Positions 48,064 to 57,639 of a stretch of DNA of 64,000 bases are shown one piece after another. Position 1 is the first letter of the stretch. Every line of letters begins with the position of its first letter. A program made the position numbers and the translations under genes. Origin of the DNA: an uncultured bacterium (GTDB lineage Bacteria; Desulfobacterota_D; UBA1144; Nemesobacterales; UBA2774); assembly GCA_963705505.1 (NCBI GenBank), contig CAVPJU010000001.1:32001-96000 (forward strand), in the 5' to 3' direction. A model generated the notes under the pieces. That model searched no databases. It had not been told where the DNA came from and worked only from the letters and a program-made list of their open reading frames with translations.

Positions 48064-49323
48064 TCATACTGCGTCTGAAAAATATGATTTAAAATCTCCG
48101 GGCTTCATGTTAGCGGTCTTAGCAAGCGCCCTCAGTTTCTTTTCATCGGCAAGGTCTTCTTCGTTGAGCTTGATCATATACTTCTGCGCGACTTCGTACG
48201 ATTCGGTATTGATATCGACATACCTTGTCCTCGGCTGGTTTAACACCGGGTCTATGATTTCATCGAAATAAATCGGGATCATTCTTCCGGTCTGTATCGA
48301 TACTACTGCTCCTGAGCCGCCGCTGAGCAGATATTTCACGGCGCTGTAACCCAGGTCGCGCGCGTATTTTGCATCAAAAGGTGTTGGCGGCGCAGATCTG
48401 AGCTCATAACCTATCGTCTTGTCTATCACTCTCGTGTTGATTCCTTTTTCTGCCAGTGACTTCATCGTTTCGTGCTTCAGCAGTTCGCCCAGATCGACCT
48501 CGGAGAGCCTTATGCGTCCGAGCTCGTCCCTGCTCAGGTCCTTCAGGTGCTTCAGCTCTTCCTCGTCGAGCTTCTCGGTAAGTCCCTCGGCGAGAATGGC
48601 TACCCCGTCCTCCCTTCCGGACGCGAGGCGTTTTATTATGGAGCCTTCGAGAATAGCGGTGATATTCCTGAGAGATATTTTACCCTCGCCGAACTCCTCG
48701 GGGATTAAGGTCAGGGTGGCCCCCGAGGCTTTACCTATTCCTAAAGCGAGGTGTCCCGTCTTTCTCCCCATCGTTACGACGAAGAACCACCTGTTGGTCG
48801 TCTTGGCGTCCTCCATGAGGTAATGGACGAGCTTGGTGCCTATGTGCCGGGCCGTCTCGAAACCGAATGTCGGTATGTATCCCGGCAGCGGAATGTTGTT
48901 GTCTATGGTCTTCGGGACGTGAGCCACCTTTATCCTGCCGTTCCCGGCCTTCTCGACCTCGTTTGCGAGAAACATTGTGCCGTCGCCGCCTACCGTTATG
49001 AGGTATCTCACGCCGAGCTTGGTGAGGCCCCGGATCGTATTTTTCATCCTTTCTTTGCTCGACGCGGGGTTGGCCCTCGATATGCCGATAATGGAGCCGC
49101 CCGTGTTGTGTATGCGTGACGTGTTCTGTATCGTCAGTTTTTCGATATGGCTCGTATCGCCCTCTGCCAGCCATTTAAAGCCTTCCCTGATTCCTATCAC
49201 ATCGATGCCCCTGTTAACGGCTTCGATCGTCGATGCGCTGATGACGCCGTTTATACCCGGCGCGGGTCCTCCGCCTACGAGAATAGCGAGGTTATTTCTT
49301 TTACGCGGTTTCGTTCCGGACAT
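48064..49323 (-). CDS. 6-phosphofructokinase of the PPi-PFK (Pfp)-like clade
   Basis: LVGGGPAPGING, GGDGT, PKTIDNN, TFGFETAR, MGRKTGHLALG, GYELR. Confidence 0.9.
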   Translation of the reverse strand: MSGTKPRKRNNLAILVGGGPAPGINGVISASTIEAVNRGIDVIGIREGFKWLAEGDTSHIEKLTIQNTSRIHNTGGSIIGISRANPASSKERMKNTIRGLTKLGVRYLITVGGDGTMFLANEVEKAGNGRIKVAHVPKTIDNNIPLPGYIPTFGFETARHIGTKLVHYLMEDAKTTNRWFFVVTMGRKTGHLALGIGKASGATLTLIPEEFGEGKISLRNITAILEGSIIKRLASGREDGVAILAEGLTEKLDEEELKHLKDLSRDELGRIRLSEVDLGELLKHETMKSLAEKGINTRVIDKTIGYELRSAPPTPFDAKYARDLGYSAVKYLLSGGSGAVVSIQTGRMIPIYFDEIIDPVLNQPRTRYVDINTESYEVAQKYMIKLNEEDLADEKKLRALAKTANMKPGDFKSYFSDAV

Positions 49324-49410
49324 TCGCCTCTCTCCCTTTTTGCGAGTTATACTCGGGAGCCCGATATATAATATGAGTAAATTTCATAAAATATAAGAGA
49401 CCGTCTGAAT

Positions 49411-50112
49411 TTAATGATAATACCTCCGCGTTGACGCCCTGAGAAGATAGCGGCTTCTGTCGAAGAAGCGTGCGAGTATAAGTCCCGCAACGAACCCCCC
49501 GATATGGGCCCAAAAGGCGACTCCGCCTGTTTCCTTGGGGATGTTGAGAGTGCCGAGCCCGCTCAGGAATTGTATTAAAAACCAGATTAATATGAATACA
49601 GCAGCCGGGATATGAATGAACTGTATGAATATAAAGACGGGAACGAGGGTAAGGATTTTGGATCTGGGATAGTAAGTAATATAGGCTCCCAGTATGCCCG
49701 ATATCGCTCCGCTCGCCCCGACCATCGGTATGACCGAATGGGTATTCGTTATAAATTGAAATACCGCCGCCGCCAGCCCGCAAATGATATAGAAAATGAG
49801 GTACTTGATATGACCCATCCTGCCTTCAACATTGTCACCGAATATATAGAGGAACAGCATGTTTCCGATAAGATGGAGCCATCCGCCGTGAAGGAACATG
49901 GATGTGAGGAAAGGATAGAAGCGGTCTGTAATGGCCATATCGGGAGAAGATGAAAATACGTTCACGGGGACGAGTCCCCATCTGAATATGAAGACGTTCA
50001 TATTTTCTCCGAGTGTATATTCGTAGAGGAATATGAGCACGTTCAATACGATGAGTGTAATATTCACATACGGGAATCCCGGAGATTTGGTGGTGTCTCG
50101 GAGGGGTATCAT
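49411..50112 (-). CDS. Rhomboid family intramembrane serine protease
   Basis: TSMFLHGGWLHLIGNM, VGASGAI (catalytic Ser), AHIGGF (catalytic His). Confidence 0.94.
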   Translation of the reverse strand: MIPLRDTTKSPGFPYVNITLIVLNVLIFLYEYTLGENMNVFIFRWGLVPVNVFSSSPDMAITDRFYPFLTSMFLHGGWLHLIGNMLFLYIFGDNVEGRMGHIKYLIFYIICGLAAAVFQFITNTHSVIPMVGASGAISGILGAYITYYPRSKILTLVPVFIFIQFIHIPAAVFILIWFLIQFLSGLGTLNIPKETGGVAFWAHIGGFVAGLILARFFDRSRYLLRASTRRYYH

Positions 50113-50215
50113 TTCTCTTAAGATTATACATAGGGCATATATTTCCCACCACTTGCAATATGGTGTTAATTACATAAAATGCTGGGCGTGTTATTATTAA
50201 GCCGGTCGGGACTAT

Positions 50216-50713
50216 ATGTTTCAGAAACTTAGAACGGATCTCGTTAGGAAGCTTGCAGGGGTGAAGCTCGTATTGATCAACGCCGAGGGTTTTACATCCG
50301 AGGACATTGATAACCACGGGGCTAACGGCCTGAACGGGCTTCATATCAGGGAACTAAAGAATAACGATGTGGAATTAATAGCGTTTTCGAAATCGAAGTC
50401 TCCGTCTATTTCATCCGTCGCCGAGGAGCTGGGGATAGAGCTTCATCAGGGAATATCGGAAAACTCTCAGTTCTATTCCGGGATAAAGAGCGATTATAGT
50501 GTCTCCGACGATGAGGTGGCATTCATCTGCAGGGACCACGGGGACCTGCCTATAATGAAAAGGGCGAACTTCACTGCAGTCACGCCGGAAGCCCCGCTTC
50601 GGGTAAAAGCGGAATCGTATTTCGTAACGTATTCTCAGGGAAGGGGCGCCGTGAGCGAGGTCGCCGCATTGATTTTAAAGGCTAAAAAATACCCCGGCGG
50701 ATGGTCCGAGTAA
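50216..50713 (+). CDS. KdsC/YrbI-like HAD-fold protein with degenerate active site
   Basis: KLVLINAEG, AEELGI.LHQG, EVAFICRDHGDLPIM and GRGAVSEVAALILKA align by eye to KdsC, but catalytic residues are replaced. Confidence 0.75.
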   Translation: MFQKLRTDLVRKLAGVKLVLINAEGFTSEDIDNHGANGLNGLHIRELKNNDVELIAFSKSKSPSISSVAEELGIELHQGISENSQFYSGIKSDYSVSDDEVAFICRDHGDLPIMKRANFTAVTPEAPLRVKAESYFVTYSQGRGAVSEVAALILKAKKYPGGWSE

Positions 50714-50776
50714 CAACGCGCCGCCTCGTATTCCTTCCGCCCGCTCCCAACACTGCATATATGATACAATTATTTT

Positions 50777-51913
50777 ATGGGAATCAGGGAGCTTACGGAT
50801 TCCATAAAATCTAAGGCTTTAGAGATAGGTTTCGACTTGGTCGGGGTCTCTCCCGTTGACCGTTTCCCTGAGAACCAGCTCTATAAGGAGTGGCTTTCGC
50901 GGGGGTATGCTGGGGATATGAAGTATCTGGAAAGGAGCCCCGAGAGGCGGGAGGATCCGGGACTAATCCTCCCCGGCGCGAAGTCCGTCATTTCATGCGG
51001 TCTCAATTATAATACTGATTTCCCGTACTCTACTGAGGAAGATGACAAAAATAACGGCTGGGTCGCGCGTTATGCATGGGGGGATGACTACCACGATATT
51101 ATGGACGACAAGCTCCGCCTACTCGAGGATTTTATACGTGCTGAATCTCCCCCGGGCGGGTTATCCGTCCGTTATGCGGATACGGGACCCGTACTCGAAA
51201 GGGTCTACGGAAAATACGGCGGTATCGGATGGATCGGGAAGAACACCTGTCTCATTAATCAGCAAATCGGCTCCTGGATTTTTCTCGGCGAGATTATCAC
51301 GAATACGGAGCTTGAATACGACAGCCCCGCTCCCGACAGGTGCGGCACGTGCACGAGATGCATCGAGTCCTGCCCTACGGGGGCTATTACCGAGCCTTAC
51401 GTACTCGATTCGAGGCTTTGTATCTCCTATCTCACTATCGAATTAAAAGGGAAGATACCGTCCGGGTTAAGGGACAATGTCGGCAATAATATATTCGGCT
51501 GCGATATATGCCAGGACGTCTGCCCGTGGAATGGAAAAGCGGAAAAAACGATCGACCCTTCCTTTCTGCCGAGAGAAGGACTCTATAACCCTCCGCTTCA
51601 TACCTTCTCCGGGCTCGGTCCCGAGGAGTTCGGAACACGGTTCAAGGGAAGTCCGGTTAAACGGACGAAAAGAAAGGGGCTCCTGCGGAATGTCCTCGTC
51701 GCTATGGGGAATTCGGGGGATAATGACCTCATCCCGATAATTGAATCATACCTCGCTGACGACGAGCCGCTCGTAAGAGCTCATGCGGTGTGGGCTCTCT
51801 GGAAGTTAAAATCGGAGGGCTCGAGGGATACGCTGCTCAACCATAAAAAAAGCGAGAAAGACCCGATGGTTCTCGAGGAAATCGAAACACTGTTAAAAGA
51901 CGGTCAGTTCTGA
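50777..51913 (+). CDS. queG: tRNA epoxyqueuosine(34) reductase
   Basis: ARYAWGDDYH, DTGPVLER, GWIGKN, CGTCTRCIESCPTGA, CISYLTIE, FGCDICQDVCPWN. Confidence 0.95.
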   Translation: MGIRELTDSIKSKALEIGFDLVGVSPVDRFPENQLYKEWLSRGYAGDMKYLERSPERREDPGLILPGAKSVISCGLNYNTDFPYSTEEDDKNNGWVARYAWGDDYHDIMDDKLRLLEDFIRAESPPGGLSVRYADTGPVLERVYGKYGGIGWIGKNTCLINQQIGSWIFLGEIITNTELEYDSPAPDRCGTCTRCIESCPTGAITEPYVLDSRLCISYLTIELKGKIPSGLRDNVGNNIFGCDICQDVCPWNGKAEKTIDPSFLPREGLYNPPLHTFSGLGPEEFGTRFKGSPVKRTKRKGLLRNVLVAMGNSGDNDLIPIIESYLADDEPLVRAHAVWALWKLKSEGSRDTLLNHKKSEKDPMVLEEIETLLKDGQF

Positions 51914-52002
51914 TCATGTCCGCGAATGGCTTGCGGGTCTATAAATGGTTAAACTAGGATTCGGACAGCCGGCCGGAAAACCCGAATGTCCCGAGGCGAC
52001 TT

Positions 52003-52431
52003 ATGGAACAAAATACGGTAAACGAGGTTTTAAAAGCAAACTCCATGTTCTATGAATACATTCGCGAAGGGGACTTGGATAAGTTGCAGAGGACCTGGCT
52101 TAAGGACCCCAAAGCAAAATGTGTTCATCCCGGCTGGCCCATGCTCTATGGATGGGAAGCCGTCAAAGAGAGCTGGAAAAATATATTCGAAGGGGGGGGA
52201 CCTGCGTACATTGAAATCTCGGACGCAACGGCCTATGTCTCGGGAGAGATGGCGTGGGTTATATGTATCGAGAAAATAAGCCAGAGGGTAGGGGATCAGA
52301 TACGGCTCGGTTACGCACAGTCGACAAACGTATTCGAGTACAGGGACTCATCTTGGCAGCTGGTAATCCATCACGCGTCTCCCGTGCCTGTGCCCAGGGG
52401 GGAGGCAGCCTCGAACCAGAACCTGCAGTGA
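52003..52431 (+). CDS. SnoaL/NTF2-like protein
   Basis: AN..FY, CVHPGWPML.GWEAVKESW, AWVICIE, TNVF, W.LVIHHAS. Confidence 0.85.
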   Translation: MEQNTVNEVLKANSMFYEYIREGDLDKLQRTWLKDPKAKCVHPGWPMLYGWEAVKESWKNIFEGGGPAYIEISDATAYVSGEMAWVICIEKISQRVGDQIRLGYAQSTNVFEYRDSSWQLVIHHASPVPVPRGEAASNQNLQ

Positions 52432-52444
52432 GCTTTTGCGGCAA

Positions 52445-55400
52445 TCAATAATTAAAGTTATAGAATACGTCGATTCCCGGATTTTCCCCTCCGACATCGC
52501 CGTTTATGGTCACGTTTTTAAATACCGTGTATTCGAGTAAAACCCTGTTTTCCGTGATAGTGGTCGAGTCCTGTAACGACTGCGTAGTGCCCCGCTCGTA
52601 AGCTATATAGAGGTCCTGTGTCAGATACTTGCCCACTTCTACCTGAGCGCCGCTGGTGCCGCCTCCGACGCTTATGACATCGAGTGAGAACTTGCTCCCG
52701 AGGAGCTTCTCCAGCTGCGCAGCCGCTATACCGCCGGCAACCCCCGTGGCAACCCCCTGAATCGATGCCCTCTCTCCGGATCCGATCTTGTCCGAAGGGG
52801 CGCCGAAAACTATATACGAGACGATATCCGTTTCTGACATAGTGGGATCGCTCGAAAGTGTTAGTACGGGCTTTTCCGCTGTCCCGCTGACATTTACAAA
52901 TATCTGAACGCTCGATACGCGGTAAAGAGCCGTTATGTCTAGGAAAGGATTTATATTCTCTGTACCTGAGAAGCTCACTCGTCCTTCCTTAATCCTGAAG
53001 AGCTTCCCCAGAGTCTCGTAAGTGCCTCTCACGGTATTGATAGTCCCTGCTATCCTCACAGATTGTCCGTAAGCCTTATTTATGTCGAGGTCTCCGCTGA
53101 GCTCGATATTGGCTCCGCGCCCCTTTACCCAATTATTTTTTCTCATTTTGATCTGTAAATTCAACGCGACATTCTCTTTGAAATAGTCCGTTTGCCCGCC
53201 GCTCCCGACTGCGAATTCGTTTTTATCTTCGTCGATGAATTTAATCTCTTCTATCTCTTTCTCCTGCTTTTCAGGGATCGTGATCCTGGCCTTTGAAACG
53301 GTTACCTTTCCTCCGACATCGATCTTTACACCCTCACCCTCGAGTTTTAAGTTCCCGGATATATTGGCGGAAATCCTCTTTGGCTTAACGAGGAAGTTCT
53401 GCATGTTTCCCGTTAAGTCGTACGTCAGGGTCGGTATATCGATCTGTCCCTCGAAAGTCCCTGTCCCTTTACCCGAAACGATCTCCGTCTGCCTCAGGAA
53501 CCCCTTCTGCCCCTGCATTTCGATTGTTGCGTTCGCGACATTGAACTCGTTTCTAAGGGACTTTATCTTAAAAATCCCGTCCTTGAGGACTAACTGTCCG
53601 TTGACTGAAGGGTTGTCGAAAGTGCCCGAAGCTTTAAGGTCGATTATTAGCAGCCCGGTCGATTTTTCGATTTCGCTGCTTACGCTTGTGAGCGGGCTCA
53701 GGTCTACCCCGCTTGAGCTTACCGATAAGTTGAACCTCGCCTTCTTTATATTCTCTCCAAGATTATTTAAGTTCAGGTCCACGTCCGCATTTCCCGTCGC
53801 CTGCATTATGGTGGCCGAATTATCGGTAATTAAGAACTTCAGGGCCAGGTTCCGGTCGAGGTACCTGAGATCGAGGGATATGTCGTCGTTCTTGAAATCC
53901 TTATAAACGAGGTTTCCGGCATTTATCTTCGCGCTTATTTGAGGCGCTGCCATAGTTCCCCGTACGCTGATATCCGCCGATAAAGCCCCCTCTACCTCGG
54001 TCTTGGGTTTTATCACTTTAACGATGTCGTTCAGATTCAGATTGCTGAGCTTGAGTTCTCCCTCCACATTGCCGTCATAAAAGATACTGGCGTCGGCCAG
54101 TGCCGATGAATCTTTGTAATAGAGGTTGAATGAGTCCACGATAAGTTTGTTAGGCGCTACGGTCAGAAAAATCTTGTCTCTGCTCTCGAGCTCCGTGTCT
54201 TCGAGGTGGAGTTTGATCTTGCCGATTTCTATGTGCTTTTCATTCGCTCCCAGGTCTCTAAGTGTCGTCGCAACCTCATACTTGAACCTGTCGTTTTCTG
54301 TTGCCGCGGCATTGAGGTTGATTCCCTTTCCCTCACTCCGGGCATTGAGCTCTATGCTTTCAATCTTTCTTTCCTTGATTCTGGCGTTCTCTGCCCTGAT
54401 ATCCGCGCGCAGGTCGGGATTGTCGAGATCGATAGAGCCGTCACCCTTTATTTTTATGGATTCAGCCGCGAACACGTCGTTCAGTTCGAAATTCCCGGCT
54501 TCGGCGTCGATGCTGATTTTCGGGTTCATCATATCCCCCTCAACCCTGCCTTCAGCTTTGAGCGTCCCTGCGAATTTTGTTTCGGGAATAAATCTCGAGA
54601 TTAAACCGAGGTCCCCGACCTCTAGTTCATATCCCAGATTCACGCCCTTCCCGCTCGCGCTCCCGTTCTTTACGTCGAACTTGAAAGAGTCGCCGTCGAG
54701 GGACAACGCCCTTACCGTAAGCCGCTCTTTGTCGTATGACGCGTCGATGTTTCCCTTTTTCAGATTTATGTTGAATATGCTTGACGGGCTTATATTACCT
54801 TTGACGGCAGCGCTCATCTTTTGAAGCACGTTCCCTTCAAGCGGCACCAGCCCCTTCATGCTCAAATCCGATGTTATATTGCTCTTCAGCTCTTTTTTGC
54901 TCAGGATCGTTCCGAGATCAAGGTTTTTTAAAGCGGTTTTGATATCCAGTCCGAGACCGGCCGGTGAGTAGTCGGCGGACCCGGTTAATTTCAAATCTCC
55001 CGCCTGCTTTCCCTTTATATCGAGATTCTTGATTTTCCCCTTCACTGTTAGATCCCGGAATTCAGCCCAGCTTCCGTCCGCATGGAGTTCCGCGTTGAGT
55101 ATAGCTCCGAGCTTCGTATTTACCGCCTCAGTTTTCCTTTCGGTCTTCTCCTCGATGAGGGAAAATATTTCGGTCGTCTTGACGTCTTTTAGAGATGCAT
55201 CGACTGTGAAGCTGTTTTTCCCCTCCCCCGTAATCAAGCGTATAAGGTCGCCCTTCCCGCTGATATGAAGCTCGCCGAGGTCCGATTTTATATCCCCTTC
55301 CCCCAGGTCTATGGCCGTTCCCGACATCGATATCTTATCGAGCGAGCCCGAGAGCTTTCTCCCGTACAGTTCCGATCCGGGGATTTGTATATTCAAGTCG

Positions 55401-56278
55401 GCCTTGATATTCTTCGGGCTTATGAACTCCCCCTTGCCCTGCGACTCCAGATTGAATGTCCCCACGTCCTCGAGCTTGTAGTCATGAGCCGACACCCGGT
55501 ATGAAAATTTCGGGTTGCCTTTCAGGTTTTCCGCCTCGGCGTCCAGTTTTATCCCGGCTCCGTTGAATGTGACCTCCAGGTCCTTTATCTCCGCCTTGTC
55601 CCCCGAGTAGGAGGCTTCGGCCTTCAGGCCTTTTATGCTTATTTTCTCTGACGGCGCATCGAGATCGGCGTTTTTAAGATCGACGGCGATTTTTTGAGTG
55701 ATATTTATGAGCTTTGCCGATAGCTCGGTCCGGTCTATGCCGTACCTTGCGACCCGGTTATTTTCTCTGTCGTCGACGGTGAGCTCGCCGTCCTTAAGAA
55801 GGAGCTCCGAGACGATTATGCTCCAGTCGGGCGGGCCCTTTTTCTCTTTCTCCCTTTCCCTCTCTTTTTCCTTTCCGCTTCCGATTTTATCGAAGTTCCA
55901 GGTGCCGTCCCCGTATTTAATAAGCTTAACGCGGACCCCGTTCACGGCGATATCGTCGACGGGAATCACCTGGCTGAAGAGCACAGCGGTGTTGAGCATC
56001 TCAGGTATGGAGTAAGTGACGGATAGTTCTTTTACGGACACGAAGCCCTCATTCTCGACGTCGAATGAAACGTCTTTCAGCTTTATGTTGTAGAAGAAGT
56101 TGCCCTCGACCTTCCCTATTTTAAAGGATTGACCTGTCGATGAGCTCACGATGCGTTCAGCAGTGCTTCTGACAAGGTTCCTGAAATACTCGGTCTGAGT
56201 AAAGAGGTACGCGGCTATAGTGATAAAAACGAATAGGCTTAATACGGCTCCGGCAGTTATTAGAATCTTATAACGCAT
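52445..56278 (-). CDS. tamB: Translocation and assembly module TamB-like protein
   Basis: N-terminal anchor, AsmA-like start, long beta-rich body, DUF490-type C-terminus (GTAEKPVLTLSSDP, VEVGKYLTQDLYIAY, FYNFNY). Confidence 0.82.
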   Translation of the reverse strand: MRYKILITAGAVLSLFVFITIAAYLFTQTEYFRNLVRSTAERIVSSSTGQSFKIGKVEGNFFYNIKLKDVSFDVENEGFVSVKELSVTYSIPEMLNTAVLFSQVIPVDDIAVNGVRVKLIKYGDGTWNFDKIGSGKEKEREREKEKKGPPDWSIIVSELLLKDGELTVDDRENNRVARYGIDRTELSAKLINITQKIAVDLKNADLDAPSEKISIKGLKAEASYSGDKAEIKDLEVTFNGAGIKLDAEAENLKGNPKFSYRVSAHDYKLEDVGTFNLESQGKGEFISPKNIKADLNIQIPGSELYGRKLSGSLDKISMSGTAIDLGEGDIKSDLGELHISGKGDLIRLITGEGKNSFTVDASLKDVKTTEIFSLIEEKTERKTEAVNTKLGAILNAELHADGSWAEFRDLTVKGKIKNLDIKGKQAGDLKLTGSADYSPAGLGLDIKTALKNLDLGTILSKKELKSNITSDLSMKGLVPLEGNVLQKMSAAVKGNISPSSIFNINLKKGNIDASYDKERLTVRALSLDGDSFKFDVKNGSASGKGVNLGYELEVGDLGLISRFIPETKFAGTLKAEGRVEGDMMNPKISIDAEAGNFELNDVFAAESIKIKGDGSIDLDNPDLRADIRAENARIKERKIESIELNARSEGKGINLNAAATENDRFKYEVATTLRDLGANEKHIEIGKIKLHLEDTELESRDKIFLTVAPNKLIVDSFNLYYKDSSALADASIFYDGNVEGELKLSNLNLNDIVKVIKPKTEVEGALSADISVRGTMAAPQISAKINAGNLVYKDFKNDDISLDLRYLDRNLALKFLITDNSATIMQATGNADVDLNLNNLGENIKKARFNLSVSSSGVDLSPLTSVSSEIEKSTGLLIIDLKASGTFDNPSVNGQLVLKDGIFKIKSLRNEFNVANATIEMQGQKGFLRQTEIVSGKGTGTFEGQIDIPTLTYDLTGNMQNFLVKPKRISANISGNLKLEGEGVKIDVGGKVTVSKARITIPEKQEKEIEEIKFIDEDKNEFAVGSGGQTDYFKENVALNLQIKMRKNNWVKGRGANIELSGDLDINKAYGQSVRIAGTINTVRGTYETLGKLFRIKEGRVSFSGTENINPFLDITALYRVSSVQIFVNVSGTAEKPVLTLSSDPTMSETDIVSYIVFGAPSDKIGSGERASIQGVATGVAGGIAAAQLEKLLGSKFSLDVISVGGGTSGAQVEVGKYLTQDLYIAYERGTTQSLQDSTTITENRVLLEYTVFKNVTINGDVGGENPGIDVFYNFNY

Positions 56279-56434
56279 GTGCTGGTTTTATTGGGGATCG
56301 AGACTTTTCTTAAGCGATACGTTCCTCTTGTCATAAACCGGTCGATTCAAATTTCGGGTCTTCTGAATTTCACACAATTATACCTCAATGAGATTTTAAA
56401 ATGAACCTGCAAAAACGGTTAGTACAGGGGCGGT

Positions 56435-57304
56435 CTATTTTCTTGAAACCATATAAATGCCTATAAGAATAAGCGCCCCGCCCGTAACCGTTCCCCAGTC
56501 GAGATGGCTACCGAGAATAAGCCAGTCAAAGAAGAGACCGAATACGGGGACGAGCATCGAGGAAAAAGTGGTGATATTGATATCGAGATTTTTTATGAGA
56601 TAAAACCAGATCGTAAAGTCTATAGCCGAGGCGATAAGCCCGGTAAACAGCAGTATGTATACGGAACGGGCTGTCCATTCGACGTTGAATACGCCGTGGG
56701 TCGGTAAAGCGAGGAGGAAAAGTCCGAGCGTGCCGAACGTGAGCTGAAGCGCGCTCACCCTGTATATATCCTCGCCCGCCATCCTCTTTTTAACCCAGAT
56801 ATTCGATATCGCCCACGATATCGCGCCTATAATAATGAGGACCTCCCCTATGAATATGTTGAGGTCCTGTTTTGAAATTATGTCCCAGCCGAGTATGGAC
56901 AGTATCCCTGCGGTCCCCAATAAAACCCCCGCCCACTGGCGCGTATTTATTTTTTCTTTGAGGTAGAAGTGGACGAGCAGGATTGTCCAGACGGGCATGG
57001 TATAAAGAAGCACGGATGTTTTACCCGCGGTAATGTGCTTCATGCCGAACAGCATGAATCCGAAGAGGAATGTAGTCTGGAATAGCCCTACGGCGATAAA
57101 ATCGGGCCACCTGCGCAGCGGCGGCCAATTCACCGACCTCGATTTCACGTATATCAGCATGGCCGCTGCTGCTATTCCGCACCTCCACGTCGCGAACGTG
57201 AGAGGCTCCATATACCCGAGCCCCATTTTCATGAGCACCCATGAATACCCCCAGGTGACTATTACAAAAACCAGGAGCAGTAAATTGATTGCAGAGCGGT
57301 TCAT
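56435..57304 (-). CDS. DMT/EamA family transporter
   Basis: About ten hydrophobic segments; WGYSW, LLYTMPVW, LVPVFG. Confidence 0.9.
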   Translation of the reverse strand: MNRSAINLLLLVFVIVTWGYSWVLMKMGLGYMEPLTFATWRCGIAAAAMLIYVKSRSVNWPPLRRWPDFIAVGLFQTTFLFGFMLFGMKHITAGKTSVLLYTMPVWTILLVHFYLKEKINTRQWAGVLLGTAGILSILGWDIISKQDLNIFIGEVLIIIGAISWAISNIWVKKRMAGEDIYRVSALQLTFGTLGLFLLALPTHGVFNVEWTARSVYILLFTGLIASAIDFTIWFYLIKNLDINITTFSSMLVPVFGLFFDWLILGSHLDWGTVTGGALILIGIYMVSRK

Positions 57305-57388
57305 TATCGTTTATTCGATGCGGAACTCAATGCGCCGGATTCCCCCGTATCCGCGTTTTGATGAATAAATATAGTGCGCATCAGCTTT

Positions 57389-57437
57389 ATCCTAGACGGT
57401 TTTCCCGTCTTGACAAGGAATGGTCAATATTTATAAT
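57389..57437. promoter_or_regulatory. Overlapping divergent promoters (etfBA / DMT gene) with an inverted repeat
   Basis: Plus strand TTGACA(57410-15)-N16-TATAAT(57432-37); minus strand TTGTCA-N16-TAGGAT (57416 to 57389); TTGAC-N8-GTCAA at 57410-57427. Confidence 0.6.
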
Positions 57438-57639
57438 TACACAGCCTTTGAGGGCCGGATAAAATAATTCTTTATTCCGTTAAATTTATTAGTTATTTTA
57501 GATGTCCGGGCCGGGTTGCAAAGAGCTTAAGGGGTGCTAAACTAAGTTGGTCTTTTAAGCCCTGATTTAATCATCTTACCATAGATTATTTGGCTGTATC
57601 GGGTTTGTTAATCAATTAATAGTTCGGAGGTAGGCTAGG

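Noticed and set aside
57531..57540. CIRCE-like half site GGGGTGCTAA
   Set aside because: There is no matching TTAGCACTC half; it is better explained as an extended -10 region. I saw no CIRCE before htpG either.
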